Shown: one piece after another, positions 49,614-63,911 of the stretch
How positions within the stretch are numbered: position 1 is the stretch's first letter
Layout: each line of letters opens with the position of its first letter
Source: Psilocybe cubensis
Taxonomy: Eukaryota
Length of the DNA: 64,000 bases
Assembly: GCA_017499595.2 (NCBI GenBank)
Contig: CM039003.1
Span: forward strand, 930,001-994,000
Direction: 5' to 3'
Program-made: the position numbers and the translations under genes
Notes under the pieces: model-generated
Seen by the model: only the letters and a program-made list of their open reading frames with translations
The model's database searches: none
Told to the model about the DNA's origin: nothing

Positions 49614-51862
49614 ATGGCTTCATCTACTACCATCTCCCAGTTGACTCCACTGTTATCGACGACGCCCTATTTGCTTGCATATGCGCTACCTCTACTTCTG
49701 CTTTCGCTCATACTCACATTTTCCGGCACATTTCTTACCCTTGATCGTTCAAGATCGTTTCCCCCAACAGATGGCGCAGTGAAAGGTGGGAAAGGCTACG
49801 CTGCTCTCCCGAAGCCTGGTACATTGTCCTTGGAAAAAACCAAGAAAACTCTCAGAAGACTTCATTGGATACTGGAGGGAGGAATTGGTGGACTAGCTGG
49901 AGGATACGTTTTTGGCTGTGAGTGTCGTTGTTTTGCTTCGAAAACAGTCTTCCTCATCTTATCTTTCAGTGCATTTCGCCACCGCCCTTGCCATTTTGAT
50001 ACCAGCAACGACTGCATCCGCCACATTGTCGCCTAAAGCATTTCTCGCGATCTGGATATTAACTTGCGCCGTCACCACACCCCTCGCAGGACGCTACTGC
50101 TATATCGCATTCTTTTTCTTCGGCCTCTCTGGCGGGTGAGTCCCTCCCGCTATCAGTTACGAGATAATTTTGATCGACATCACTTTTAATAGAACCCTGT
50201 TTGCCCTAGCACTCTCCATCATCATTCACCCCTCCCTACTTTCGCGCGTCATCCTCGTCGGTATCTTTCTGCCTCTTTTCACGCTTCTCGTTCTGTTCAC
50301 CGCAATCGTTCCGATCCCACGGCTCACCGCGAAATTCCTACATCCTGTTCTCCGATTCTGCACGGCGTCCACCGGATCCTTTGGGATCGTTCTTTCCATC
50401 GCTCTTCTACTCAAACCACAAGCAGAGAGCTGGGCAAATGCATGGGAGAGGTTCTACATGGAGAATGCCTCCATGGATGGTTATATGTGGGGGTCTAGTC
50501 AAGAGCAGGGTTTGAGCGCAGCGTATGCCGTGTTCCTCTTCAGCGGTATAGCAGTTGATTGGGCTCTGAGAAGACGGATTGGTGAATGTCCAGACGAGGT
50601 CAGTTTTACAAGTCCATTACTGGTATATGATTCGTCTGATCAAGTGGATGTAGAAATGGGACAAGTACCTCGCACAGTATGCAGCCAACCTTCCAAATCG
50701 ACCGGATAGGGCTGGAACATTCCAACCGCTCACAACGATTTGGGACCGTCTCTTCCCTCCTCCCTCGCCAGTGGTGCCCTTCGAGAAGGAGGCTATGTTT
50801 GGGAGCGAAGTCGATGTTAAGACAGCAGTGCCCGAGCCTCTGCCTGTGACGATGCATAATAAATCCCCCGGGAGACTCGAGCGAGGGATGGAACTCACCA
50901 GCGTCCCAGCAAGCACCGAACTCCTTAGGAAGAAGCGGTCCAAAGCTCACCGTGGAGGCGGATGGCGGATGGCCGGTGTGGATGGAGAGAGGAAGGAGCG
51001 CAAGCCTGTCAAGTTTGGAGAGACGAGTGACAGTTCTGACTCTGACTCTGACGATGAGACGAAGAAGGCATCGAGCTCGTCATCCCCCGCGTCATCCCCC
51101 GTTCTGCGCTCGCACCACCCGGAACGCAAATGGACTCTGATGGACGCCCGCCATTTCACGTCGTCGTCGTCTACACCCACGCTTGTAGGCCTTGCTGGCA
51201 AGAACACCACCTCGTCCTCGTCCTCTGACCCCCGAATTGATAGTCTTAATAAACTCGACTACGACAAGGAAATTGCGCAGCTCAAGATGCAACGCAAGAA
51301 GCTTGGTGTGGAGGACGACTGTGATGACCTCGACTACTCGGACTACGACGATAATCTCGCCGCGCGGCCCATTCTTTTCAGGACACGGACGGTTGAGGAG
51401 ACGGAGTGGACCCCCGCGTTTTTGACGAGGCACCAGAGCGCGCGGCGTGCTGAGCCTGGTCATCTGGCTGCGCCTGCACCGGTTCCTGCGACGCCTTCGT
51501 TGATCAAGGCTATTGATCGCCTAGCTATGGCTCAGCGAGAGGCGTTCGGGAAGGCGTCGAATTCTACGCCTGTCACGCCACCTGCGACTTCGCCCGTTGC
51601 CGCTGCGCCGACAAAAGCACCTGCACCAGCGTCGGGGAAAGCAGAGTCGAATCCCAAACCTGAGTCGAATGCGAAACCTCCTCGACCTCCGCGGTCCGCT
51701 TCGAGGAGCCGTTCTACTTCCCAAGCACGTCGTCAGCAGCATGTGTCCCCAGAGGACGCTGAGATGGGTGCCGCTGTCCAACTTGATGAGCCCAGTAACT
51801 CAGAGAGGTCCCCGCGATGGGAAGAGTTCTGGCGCGAGGTACGAGTCAAGGCGCAGACTTAG
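49614..51862 (+). CDS. Multi-pass membrane protein (DUF4203/TM7S3-TMEM198-like N-half) with a long low-complexity C-terminal tail
   Basis: Seven or more hydrophobic segments across spliced ORFs 49614, 49912 and 50170, followed by Ser/Pro-rich ORF 50771-51862 ending RWEEFWREVRVKAQT. Family assignment is from recollection of motif style only. Confidence 0.7.
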
Positions 51863-52436
51863 CCCACGCCCACTTTTCTTTGCACTGCCTATTCCTTTCT
51901 GTGAGCGGACACGATGACAGTGTTTTTAAGTTATTCTTTTTTTCTATATAGTGCTTATAGTGAAGTTACATCTGTTGTGTTCGTCTTTCCCCTCCTCCTC
52001 CCCTATCCCTCGCTTTGGCTTCTCGCTGTAGCTAGAGCATTGTAACGACCGAACCATTCAATGGTTGTAATGACATATCACGACTCTGATCCACCAGGAT
52101 CCGCCCTTTCCCTTGCCATGTGGAGGTCTAGCTTATTTCGTGTGTGGGTGTGTTGGCGTCTATTTTTGGAATGCCGGTCCGTCATTGGACACAAACGCAG
52201 CACTTCTTTTTCTTTCTTGAACACCGACTGTGTTGTCCATACAAGTCATGCTTGACCCCACGGGCCGCGGAGCTCGAGGGATTCCCTTTCTCGCTGTCGA
52301 CGTCTTCCACGCTGCAGACATATAATACGGACGATATGCGGAGACTGTTGCCAGAGCCTGAGTTAACTTTCTCAAGCGTCAAGACTCAATTAACATCGTC
52401 CCCAGAGTTTAGGAGCACTAAGGAGGCGACACTGCA

Positions 52437-54299
52437 ATGCGCACGGGCATAGTTTGCTCTTTGCTTACTCTGCTGGGATTGACATATGATGTCCTGGCGA
52501 TTTCTCCTCAGCATATGATTTGTCAGGTACAAAAGCCTGCGGGCGTCTCGCCTCTACATGGCTGTCCCAAAGGAACCATCTTCGTGTCCCAAGATACCAA
52601 TGACAAAAATGCGCATTTTCATAGTGTCCAAGAAGCTGTTCTTTCTCTGTATGTGGCCCATATTACTCTGTCCTGGTGCTCCTTGACGTTTACGATATCG
52701 TTCAGTCCAGAAACTGGATCAGCTACAATTCTCATCGCAGCAGGTGAATATCAGGAGGTAGTCAATGTAACACGGACGGGACCCCTCACTCTTCTCGTAA
52801 GCCCACATACCATATCTCAACTCAACCCACCCATTCCTTGACCAACTTAATTCCATCATTTTTATAGGGCCAACTCCCACTCGAAGCCCTTCTCACAATC
52901 GACCAGCCTTTCGCCGACACATCAAAATCACCTTTTAACCAAAACCTCGTCAAGATCTGGAGCAACTCATTTGTGCACACGGGCATGGACGACGCGCAGT
53001 CCGCCGTCCTGCTCGTCGCACCGTCGTTCGACGCGTCGCTGATTGGCGCCGGCCCGACTGGCGCCCCTCTCCAGCCGCTCTTTGGGAACGTGGATTTTAA
53101 AGCGTACAATATCGATTTTGAGAATCGTGCAGTATGTTTTTTTCTTTCTTTTTGGCGTGTGTCCGAAATGCCGGGATTGTATTGATTTATCATTTCTATA
53201 GGCAAACTTCTCGATATCGCAAGCGCTGGTGACTGATATCTCGTATGCGAATGCCTCGTTTTACGGGTGCTCGTTTGCGAGTTTCCAGGACACATGGTAT
53301 ACGGGTCGGAATGGAAGCACATACGTTGTCGACAGCATCATCTACGGACAGACTGACTGTACGTATTCTCACAATTACCATCAAAGCAAACTCGCGGTAT
53401 AATGAATTAACACATGTATTTTTTGGGGGTACAAGATCTCTTTGGGTTCGGGACCGCGTACGCATATTGCATTCAAACTTACAAAGTTCTGTGACTAACC
53501 TTTGTTCTCTGTTTTTCTTAGTTGGTTCCAGAACGTCATACTGGCCAACCGTGCATGCGGAGGCGGACTTGTCGCCTGGAAAGGCACCAACCTGACAGAC
53601 GCCCCAGGAAACCGCTACGGCGCATACATCGCAGATTCAACAATCGTCCGTGTAAGTTGATATTGTTTTTCTTTACTCTCCTATCGGATTTAAAATGTGC
53701 TGATTATTGGTTGGTTATACCTCCTTGTTGTGGCACGTCCTTGCATGCATATATGCAGTCTCCAGATGCTAACGCAACAACAGTGACTGCCGATAAATGT
53801 TTTCTAGGTACGCAGCTGCATGACAGTGATACTGATAGATACACATGACGGTGTTGAATCTCGTCTGTTTTCTCATCTTAGGGCGGCCATGGAATGACCT
53901 TGCTACCACTGTGTATTTGAGGACCTTTATGGACGACAGCATTCGACCTGAAGGGTGGACGCCGTTCGACAGTGCAAGGTATGCTATCGTCTTTTACTTA
54001 CGCGATAACAAGAGTGCATACATGGAAGTTTGAACAACACTAATCCTTTGTCGAAACTGCAGGCCTGTCATAATGAACACAACCTTCTACGCCGAATTTG
54101 ATTCGACAGGTAAAGTCTCTTTGTGCTGCCAAATATCAACTGGTAATATTCAATAATCGGCATTATAGGGCCTGGCGGAAACACATCGGCAAGGATCCCA
54201 CTCGAGCACATCTTGACCGCCGAGCAGGCAAAGGACTTTACGATCGACAAAGTCTTTCTCGAACATCCTAAGTGGATCGACTTCGAGTATCTGTTCTAA
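52437..54299 (+). CDS. Secreted pectin methylesterase (carbohydrate esterase family 8)
   Basis: Signal peptide; FHSVQEAV, ILIAAGEYQEVV, SQAL, SFQDTWY, IYGQTDYLFGFGTAWFQ and FLGRPWN across many short exons. Confidence 0.9.
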
Positions 54300-54628
54300 A
54301 AGGGAATAGAAAAAAAATATCAAGATCTAATGGTACGCGGAGATTCGAGTGCGAATTTACAGTGCCAGAATATATAAAAAACTACGATGTTACAAGCCAA
54401 CCAAACGATGTCAACTACAATGGGGTGATAAAGATTTAACGAGGTTAGAGAAAAGTGAATAAGACCAGAGCAGGGAGTTGGGTGGGAGCGGGTGAGGCTA
54501 AGCCCTTGCGACAATATGAGGCGGAGCCTCAAATCAAAAGAAGCCGAATGAAATTTCCAAGTTCCAGAATCCTACGAAAAAGTGTCCGAAGAACGCTTTG
54601 CGCGTCGCAGAAAGAGTTCCTGCGGCGA

Positions 54629-56011
54629 TCAAGCACTTTCCCTTTCTTTGGGCCTGTACTTTACGATCCATGGGTGTTTCAGTACTTCGGTTAGTGGTAG
54701 GCGCTTCTGAGGTTCGTAGCGGAGTAACTGTCCCAGGTAATAAACATATGTGAGCCATTGACGCCAAAGTCACCGTGAACAGTCCACTCACTCTGGTAAT
54801 CAAATCCTTCACTTCTTCAGAAAGCCGGACGTGCTTGTCTTCAAACTTCAGATCCACCCTCGCGATTCGACGGTAGGTGTCTTCAAATACCTCATTAGCA
54901 ATCTCGGTAAAGTAAGAAACCAGAGCACTTACTGTTGACGCTATCGCGGTCTTCGAAAGGTGGGAAGCCGGAAACAAATTCATATGTCAGAACACCGAGG
55001 GCCCAGTAGTCCACTTTCTCGTTGTGCTCCTTGCCCTCCACCATCTCAGGTGGCAAATAGTCTAGGGTCCCGCAAAGCGTCATGCGCCTGTTACCAGGAG
55101 CATGAACACTCCAGCCAAAGTCACCAATCTTGAGTTCTCCATTGATGCCAATGAGCAAATTCTCTGGCTTGATGTCGCGGTGAATAACATGCTTCGAGTG
55201 AAGGTAGATGAGCGCGTCTGCCATTTGGTCGATATAGCGTGAGCTGCGCCTTTCCGAGAACCTATTAAGCTTGGAGAGCTGCTTGTACAGCTCGCCCTTG
55301 CCAGCAAACTCAAGCATCAAGAAGATACGCTTCTCATCGTGGAAGTAGCCGTAGAGACGGAGAATGTTGGGGTGGCGCAGGTTTTGTTGGATTTCAATTT
55401 CTCGTCGAATCTGTTTCTCGACTTTGGATTGGACGATTTCGGACTTGTATAGAGTCTTCAAAGCGACGATGTATTTGGGCTCAGCTTTGGTTCGGACCAT
55501 GTACACTCGTCCAAATTTGCCCTTGCCCAGTGGCCGGCCCATGTCAAAGTCGTGGAGGGTCCATTCACGAGTGGGATTTCGCCTACGAAAAGGTTAATAT
55601 GAATCTAAGAGAGTGGGCATAGGATGTGGCATACTTTGAGACACTGGAGTCAAGTGCAAGCTCCTCAGCCGCCTCTCCATACACTCGCTCTCCTCGTTTC
55701 TCGTTATCTCGTTCGAGACCACCGTCGTAGCTTCCGATATCAATTGAAGGTTGTGCAGAGTGTCCCTGTTTGTGTGCCGTAGAGCTTGAGGAGTTGGGAA
55801 CGGGGTTTCGCAGGGAAGAAGGATTTGTTGGTTTGTTGGATGCGTTTGTGAATGGGTTCGGGGCACCGTATTTAGTGAGCAATTTCGTCACACTTGGCTG
55901 TGCTCCCAGCTTTGTTGGTAACTTGTTAGACGAACCACTTGCTGGAATTTGCTTCTTGCTGGAAATTTCCATTGCAGCAATTTGCTTGGTCACTGATCCA
56001 ACTGTGTTCAT
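54629..56011 (-). CDS. IPL1: Aurora family Ser/Thr kinase (start codon uncertain)
   Basis: [75 protein letters not shown]. Confidence 0.95.
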
Positions 56012-58171
56012 GGCTGGTTGATTCGTCTGAGTAAGGGGAGGGGGTGAAATGTTTGATTGCCACTAATAATAAAATGTCGTCAAAATGCTAAAAAAACCAT
56101 TAGATCAACCTCCAGTAAGAATCGGTGGATAAAGACCTGTCGAACTCCAAAATTGTTTGAATCGGTCGAGGTTGTGCCGTCTTCTACAAGCAGTAAAGTG
56201 AATATAGGGTTAAGTCAAATACCTGTAAGATAAACACATACACTATTTGAGTCTTTTAGCTTGCTTATGTCGGTATCGCAGGGATTATCCAGCCTTGTGC
56301 ATGGAAACAAGAAAGAAGAGATAAAGAGTGTCAGAGAGAGACAAACACGGACGCCACGGTTGGAATTTGAACATTGAGAGCACGTGACCGTTCATTTATC
56401 AACACAGCCACATGCGAACGGAGCCTCTGCATCTCCGTCCCCGAGATTCCCCCTCTTCATTATCCTGCCAGCAGCCAGCAGCCAGTGTCCTCCGCAAATT
56501 CTGCTCAAGAAAATTTTATTATATCATTATCTTCTAAGTAACTGTGCCTTTGAAATGATCTAAACACGAACCTGTCTCTGTATCAACTGCCTTACCTCAT
56601 CTACACCGTTGCTAGCGGTTTTTGGCATTGTGCGGTAAGCCTGACAGTCTCATTACACTACCTTCTTACCCTTTAATGCCTATCTCTGATCGAAAAAAGC
56701 CACAGATTTGTACCTATTTCTCACCTAGTCAAAACTCTCCCGAATGAATCTCGATCTCTAAAAGCTATACGTTCTCACTGAAAATCCCATGACAGAAACA
56801 CCCTTCGAAGCTTGCGGGCTTAAACGAATCGATTTGTTTCTCCCAGTGAGTTCGATGATGCTAGCAGCGACTCAGGCCCCTTGACCAACACTATGCCATG
56901 TCGGAAGGGTTTAAACTAGCTTCATACGCAAAGGCATCGTCACCGCTCCACTTTTGTTATAACATCGTCTGACTCGCACCGATCGACAGGTTAAATATAT
57001 AAGATGCTGGCTCTTGGGCCATCTGCTCTGCGATTAGTGGCGATCGTAAACTATTGAAATGCTATCATGTTCTGCAAAATTACTCAAGGAGTAGACAGCG
57101 GTCTCGATCTCTTGCACGTCTGGTTTGTTATACAGCATCCCTTACATCAACTTTTACCACACAACTAGTAAAATGGTTCAAATGTACAGTCACAAGCACA
57201 TCAATTTTCTGCGGCTAAAATGGCTCACTGGACGCAACCAAATAGTGGGATTTACAGAACGCTACTCCCACGGCGACCTCAGGGCCCATGTGTATGGTCA
57301 TTTGGATTGTTTTCTAGGAAGAGAAAAGGGCCTTGAAGAAACGAGATTGAACTATTTAAATTCAGTGTGTACTTTCTTCAAAAAAAAACTCGGATGTCGG
57401 GCGCGTGTTTCCGCTGATGGTTTTCTTTGGGGGGCGAAGCTGCGATGCTTCTCTCATTTGGCATTTTTACAGGCTACGAATACCACTTCCAGTTTTCTGA
57501 CGTGGGCATCAAACCTCTGATTTTACTCAAGTCAGTCCTGTAGCTTCACCTTTCGTCCCCATATTTTAAAAACAAGTTCGTGCTGCCAATCATGGGATTA
57601 TAAGTGCTCCGAGGTCTATTCTCGGTGAATCATCTTTAAAGGTATGTTATAGATATAACTGATAGCACCTGACCTAAGATCCTTGAATTACTTGTCAGAA
57701 ATCGCTTCACCATGCATTTCATGGGCAACCACACATACTGGCGTCGACCGTAACACAATGAAGTTTGGATAGATTGGGCCTGCTTTAATTTTGGTGGCGT
57801 CTCAAGATTAAATGGATGTCTATGAAGTGTAAAGAACTTTCTTCATAACGCAATCCATGTGATATCTCTCCAGGTATCAATCGATCATTTGAATGATTGT
57901 CAAAAGGCCGACATGGTGGAGAAAATTCACCAAACTTCTCAATTGCGCCCGCGATCCCCTCGGTCAGGATGTCATCCGACGACTCCGCCATTTTAATTTG
58001 ATAGTATGCCTACGGTCTCGTATATAGTTCCTCAACCTAGCCAATCGCAGTGGGTCGATCCTCTTCCAGCATGGTGTCAAATGGTCTCCATTTGTCAACC
58101 CGTGGATGAATAAAACGGGCATGTGTGGTATGGTATAAATGTCCTTATAACAATTAGTAGGATGTCTAACC

Positions 58172-60372
58172 ATGGCGCTCCTTCATATCTCGGACCCTCC
58201 ATTTCATCCATCCATTCCCCTTGCGACCTTGACTATCATCGCCGTTTGGGCATTTTTGCGACTCTGGAGGATATTTTTCAAAAATCCTTCCTACCCCCCT
58301 GGCCCTGTTGAGCGGAATTTTTTGCTTGGAAATTGGGACGATATTCCGACTGTCAAGCCATGGGCAACCTATGCTCAGTGGGGCAAAGTATATGGTATGT
58401 TCTATTGACCTGCTCGCGAACGGTGTAATTAACACTTTACCCATGCTCATGTCTATAGGCGATGTCGTTCATTTCCGACTTTATAGACAGCATACAATAA
58501 TTCTAAACTCGATTGAGGCTGTGGATGACTTGCTTGAGAAGAGGTCTAATATCTACTCCTCAAGATCTCAAATCGAAATGGTTAATTTGTACGTAATACT
58601 CGTTAAATGTATCGGTGTTTTCGGAAGGTTTTCATCCCTTGACGTTTGTTCAGAATGGGATGGGATTTCGCCACAGGAATCAAGCCATACGGACCGCAAT
58701 GGAGAAACCATAGGCGCTTCTTCCAATACGTATTCAGGTCGGCTGTGTCGCAAAGTTTGCGACCTGTTTTATCCAAGAAAGTCAACGACTTGCTTTACAA
58801 TCTTCTGCTTACACCCGAGAACTTCATTGGCCACTATAAATCGTGAGCGACTTTGACCAGTATTCCAAATGATTGAAAAAAGCTTATTTGATTTACAGTT
58901 TAGGTGCAGCAAATATTATGGCGGCCGTGTACGCGTATGACATAGCGCCCACAAACGACTATTTCGTATCACTTTCGGAAAATGCAACGGCCCGAGTATC
59001 CTTGAGCCTTGCCCCTGGTCCCTCTGCCGTCAACGCGTTTCCCATCCTGAAATATCTTCCGGAATGGTTCCCAGGCGCCGGCTTTCACAAGTTAGCTAAT
59101 GAGACAAGAGAATTAACAGAAGAGATGCAAGAGCTGCCGTTCAGGCATACTAAAAAGATGATGGTACTCGATAGTCTCTCCCATGCATACAACTTTCGTA
59201 ACAACCAAACCTTTCAGGACTCTGGAAACTCTCCTCTATGCATAGCTTCCGAGCTTATGGAGAGGTTTAACTCATCGGAAGAGGATATCGAAACCATCAA
59301 AGAAGTGTGCGCGTCTAGTTATGCAGGTCTGTGACATATTTCCCATCTCTAAAGACCCGTAGAATAACTGACATGGTTCTTCTAGGCGGAGCAGATACGG
59401 TATGCCTTCCCATGTCATTTCGCCCATTAAAATTTTAATTGAAACCTGTTTAGACCGCTGCTTCTCTTGGAATGTTTTTTATGGCAATGGCTACACACCC
59501 CGAAATCCAAAAAAAAGCACAACGAGAAATTGACAACGTTGTTGGAAATGGAAGACTCGTGACCTGGGATGACATGCAATTGCTACCTTACATCGACGCA
59601 CTAAATCGAGAACTGATGCGATGGAGGCCAGCATTACCTCTTGGGATTGCTCATTGTACAACACAGGATGATGTTTATAAAGGATACTTCATTCCCAAAG
59701 GCACGTTTTTGTTCCCGGCCTCGAACTATAAATTGATTGTTTTTGCGTTCGTAGGCACCAACGTAATATCTAACATATGGTTGTTTTCTTTGGTAAATTC
59801 TCCATAGCATACCCACTAATGGCATCTTTCATAGGGCAATATCACGCGATGAGCGAAAGTTCAAGGATCCAGATCAATTCAATCCCGATCGACACTTTGA
59901 TGAACACGGAAATCTGAAGAATGACTATCAGTCCTACGCGTTTGGCTTTGGTAGACGGTCAGTTAAACAAAACCTTTGACGCGAACATCGCCCGCTGAGA
60001 CCTGCCTTACTATAGAATATGTCCAGGACGTCATCTAGCTCTTGACACGGTGACGCTCTACCCATTCGTACTGTATAGCTGATCCACTTATATGCGCTAA
60101 TAGTTATGGCTAGCAACTGCTTCAATATTGTCTGCCTTCGATATCCAACCCAAGAAAGATGCGTCAGGAAACAACATACCCATAGATCCCGAGTACACTC
60201 CTGGAATAGTCTGGTAATCAACATTCATTGTCCTCGTTAATCCCCTCTGCTGATGAATTGCTATAAATCGTTTTACAGTCATCCACACCCATTTGAATGC
60301 ACAATACGTCCAAGATCGAGCCAAATGGAACATTTGATTAAACAATCCATTGAACAGGGCCACGATTCTTAG
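58172..60372 (+). CDS. Cytochrome P450 (CYP64-clan-like, multi-exon)
   Basis: N-terminal TM and PPGP; I-helix AGGADTT (14-nt micro-exon 59386-59399); ExxR ELMR; FNPDRH; heme motif FGFGRRICPG. Confidence 0.93.
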
Positions 60373-60619
60373 CTATCCGACGTGCCAACATTTTATCACA
60401 ATCACAACAGCAGGAAATGTACTCGCAGAAATAATGCTTGATAGTACATACATCTCTACGCAGTATCGAGCATTCATCTTGAGAATAGAAACGATTCAAA
60501 TTTCACCATACTTGTCCAGAAATCTGAATTATAACACTGCCAAATTATCATCATCAGTCTGCCTGCGTTGTTGGCCATAGTAGATCTTTCTCATCTGCCA
60601 TTGTGATAAGCATGGAGTA

Positions 60620-61091
60620 CTATAGCAAGTGCAAAGATATTACCGCTGTTCGAGCTAAATGCATAAATATCGCGTTGTTATCCCAGTCAACAAGTACCCC
60701 TTCGCCTTTCGCATTCACAAATATCACGGTGGGGCATATGTCACCATGGATGATGTGCGCATCCCGATATAGATGGTGATGAGCTGAACAACATAAGATG
60801 TATGCAGATTTTGACACAAATAAGCGAGATCTACTCACCGGTAAACACGTTCAACATAACGGTTGCAAACTCTTTGGTGTTTTTGCAATAATGAAGTGGC
60901 CGTTCTTGTCCACTGTCGTTGAGAATCATCGTGTATGCACGGAACCTCTTCGAAACGCCTGTGGAAATTGAGTCTTTGTTTAATATGTCATTTTTCTTTG
61001 GAGTCCATTTATCGGGCAGCAAATGCCATTTTGCCAATCTGTAGCCACTAGAACCAGAGGTCATAGAAATGGGCGTCGAGGAGTCGTCCAT
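60620..61091 (-). CDS. Short fungal protein kinase (FunK1)-like gene or fragment; 3' end uncertain
   Basis: Exon 1 RFRAYTMILNDSGQERPL...EFATVMLNVFT, phase-1 intron, exon 2 AHHHLYRDAHIIHGDICPTVIFVNAKGEGVLVDWDNN. Confidence 0.6.
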
Positions 61092-63452
61092 CGAAGAACT
61101 AAGATTTCAAGGAGTTTGGCTTGACAAATTTCAGAAGAATAAATCTTCACCAGTATATCGCGTATACAGGCAAGTAGGAGTGTTTCGAAAAGGTTCGAAG
61201 CCACCAAGGTAAGCAGATCCAACTAGGTATGGCACTCAGTTTGGTCCTCAGTGGCGCGGCGGACATTCAATTGGCACGTGCCCCTGGTTCAAGATTGATC
61301 CCGGGGTGGTTGAACGAGGCGAACAACTTACATCTAGACGGGATGCATTTGATGACCTCGCAGGTAGCCGTACAATTTTCTAACGTTGAATAGATTCTCT
61401 TGTCAACTTCTGAAGTGAGTCTTAACTTCTTTTGACGAACGTTAGGTCCTACCGAGTACCGACTTTCAAATTTCCCAAAAGGCTAGCAATTTCGCATGGT
61501 TGACTACAAGGTTTCCAAGGTCTGTAGCAAATACTGCTTCAGTGAAGATTGTGGACCGCATTTGGATGATCAGGGACTATATATCAACGTTGCGTCGCAA
61601 AATGATGACACCCCTACATTCTTGCCTCATCGCTGTCTGTGTCTGTGGATCTAATCTGCTCGCATAGTCACTGTTAGATAGTTGCAATTTGACTACTGAT
61701 GGATTAACTTTAATGGCTCAATATTCTGAGTCATTTAGGTGGCACACAGCACACTCCCCTTTACTTAGAAGATAAAACGCATCCATGGGAATTACATTGC
61801 CGGCCTCCACCACGCCCGGTACTGAGGTGCTTAGACAACACACAGACCCAAAACAGTCAAAGGCAATGATTTTTCTGGGACTAAAGGTATATGACTCGTG
61901 CCAGTGGGAAATGTAGCGTCTTTTTCTGCTGCGGTTCTATTATTAATGTACTCGGAGTTGAAGTGACTCCATAGATCTCTTCCACATTTGGGTTGTGTGT
62001 GCAACCTGTACGTATTCTTCTTGATGTGTGTATTCTCTTATCGATGGACAGCCATGGGAGCCTGGGTATAAAACTACAATTGTTTCAATCGTGCCTTCCA
62101 TCCCTCGCCATTCAACCGCTCCCCCTTTCACCCATTCTTTCTATATCCTCAAACTAGCGATCTCCTAGAGTGCCGATAACGGTCATTTCTAGGCAGACGT
62201 CTTTTGTTTGAGAGAGTTGCTTTTATTCATTCATGTTGCTTGATGTCATGTTTTTTCTTCCTATGTTGTTCCATTGACGTGTTTTTTATTGTTTTCTTCC
62301 TTTCCATAGCGGGGCGGGGGCCCGTCTGGGTGTCAGACGAGATGAAGGGGGTATGGATTTCTCTTCGGACCCATAACGATCATGTTTGCAGTAGTCGACC
62401 GCATATTGACACGACACTCTATGAAGATAGAATTGTGTCGACAAACTTTACCATTGTAAGTCATTTCCAAGTACAAACGCTGGCAGGAGTACTAAACAAT
62501 TTGTTAATCTAGTTTACTTTCCTGTCATATTATGCCGGCATCGATGGCCTATGCGCTATCATTCAGCCATTGATAATGGAACAAAATTCTTAACGCCATC
62601 CATTCTTCTTGCATAATTTGCTTGTCGTCATCGAGAGGGTCTTCAGTAGCCTGAACTCCCGGTGTCCCTGTCTTTGTCGTAAGCACATATTTGTTAATCC
62701 ATGATTTATCGCAACCTAACATAACATACCTAGGTAGTTTCTCAACTGTTTTCCCCAACGCTCGGAGGCCTCATTACTACCCATTCACTCGGAGAATACC
62801 AAAATATTCCCACTTAGTCGCATATTGCGCATTCAGCTCCGGGCGTTCACACAGACGACACTAATGACACTATATCCTGTATTGATTGAGGTGGGTGAAG
62901 CAATCTACGCCAGGATTTCTGACGGCTTACATAGTTCTTTTGCCAGAGCATACGCTGCACCGTGACATGCCGGCAATTATTACCACTCGCACTACATCAC
63001 ACCCGTCTCCCCAATAACTTAGCGCAAGACCCTTGACTCCCAGGATGTGGGTAGACATATACCTTATCAATCTTCAGTCACTGAACGTGCTGCCAGAGTC
63101 ATCCATTCTTTCAAAAAGCTGCAAAGCACCCTATCGTTCAAAATTAATTTACCGTACCGCAAACTCGCTTATATGTCCAATATTTGTCTCCAAAATATCC
63201 GTATACGCGTCTCATCCCCAATACTTCCCTTTCCATGTTAACATTTTTTGACAACAATTATCATTCACAAATCCTCCATCAACCTACATTGCATATGAGT
63301 TCATCATCTCTATATTATATAGCATGATGTGTCTCCTTCCTACTTTGATTAGATATAGTAATCTAACACTAAATCAAGCATCCACATCATTTAAATCTTT
63401 TGATTTTGATTGTGTGCATTTCTACTAGTACAAATCCATTTTGCCATCTATT

Positions 63453-63911
63453 TTAGTCCACCATGCTATATGGCTGAAACTCTGTGAACCAACCCGGCTG
63501 GATACACAGGCTTCGCATACCGTAATTGACGGCTCTCAAATATGCGTGGTCGGAGGCAACCGCAAGATCATGCCATGTCTCATTGGTGGCTATTGCAACC
63601 ACCAACATGCGGCCATGATTCTCTTCAGGCGGACCATGAACCCATCTCCAATACTGAAAACTTGGGTCCATACGCTTGGGTAACGCATTTATAATAATTT
63701 CATATGCCGGAATGTGACGCTGAGTAGGAGGGGCTTCGGGGTCGAAGGCGATTCCAACATTGATCAGAAGTTGGTCCAAATCTTTGTTAAGGAGAGGGAA
63801 CCCGTAGACTCTTAGCGGCTCCTGCTTGCCTTTAACGTATCTACGAACCGATGGATATTGGATCTCGAGTTCTTGTCGTTTGAGCCAGCGGTCAATGATC
63901 CTGAAATACAC
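63453..63911 (-). CDS. Hypothetical protein, probably the last exon of a gene starting at or beyond the window edge
   Basis: 152-codon ORF with globular-protein-like composition (PLRVYGFPL...MLVVAIATN...PGWF). No family recognised. Confidence 0.4.
   Translation of the reverse strand: MYFRIIDRWLKRQELEIQYPSVRRYVKGKQEPLRVYGFPLLNKDLDQLLINVGIAFDPEAPPTQRHIPAYEIIINALPKRMDPSFQYWRWVHGPPEENHGRMLVVAIATNETWHDLAVASDHAYLRAVNYGMRSLCIQPGWFTEFQPYSMVD

Noticed and set aside
46190-60372. Secondary-metabolite gene cluster (CoA-transferase, P450, nearby ABC transporters)
   Set aside because: No PKS, NRPS, terpene synthase or RiPP precursor seen, and housekeeping genes such as Aurora kinase are interspersed.
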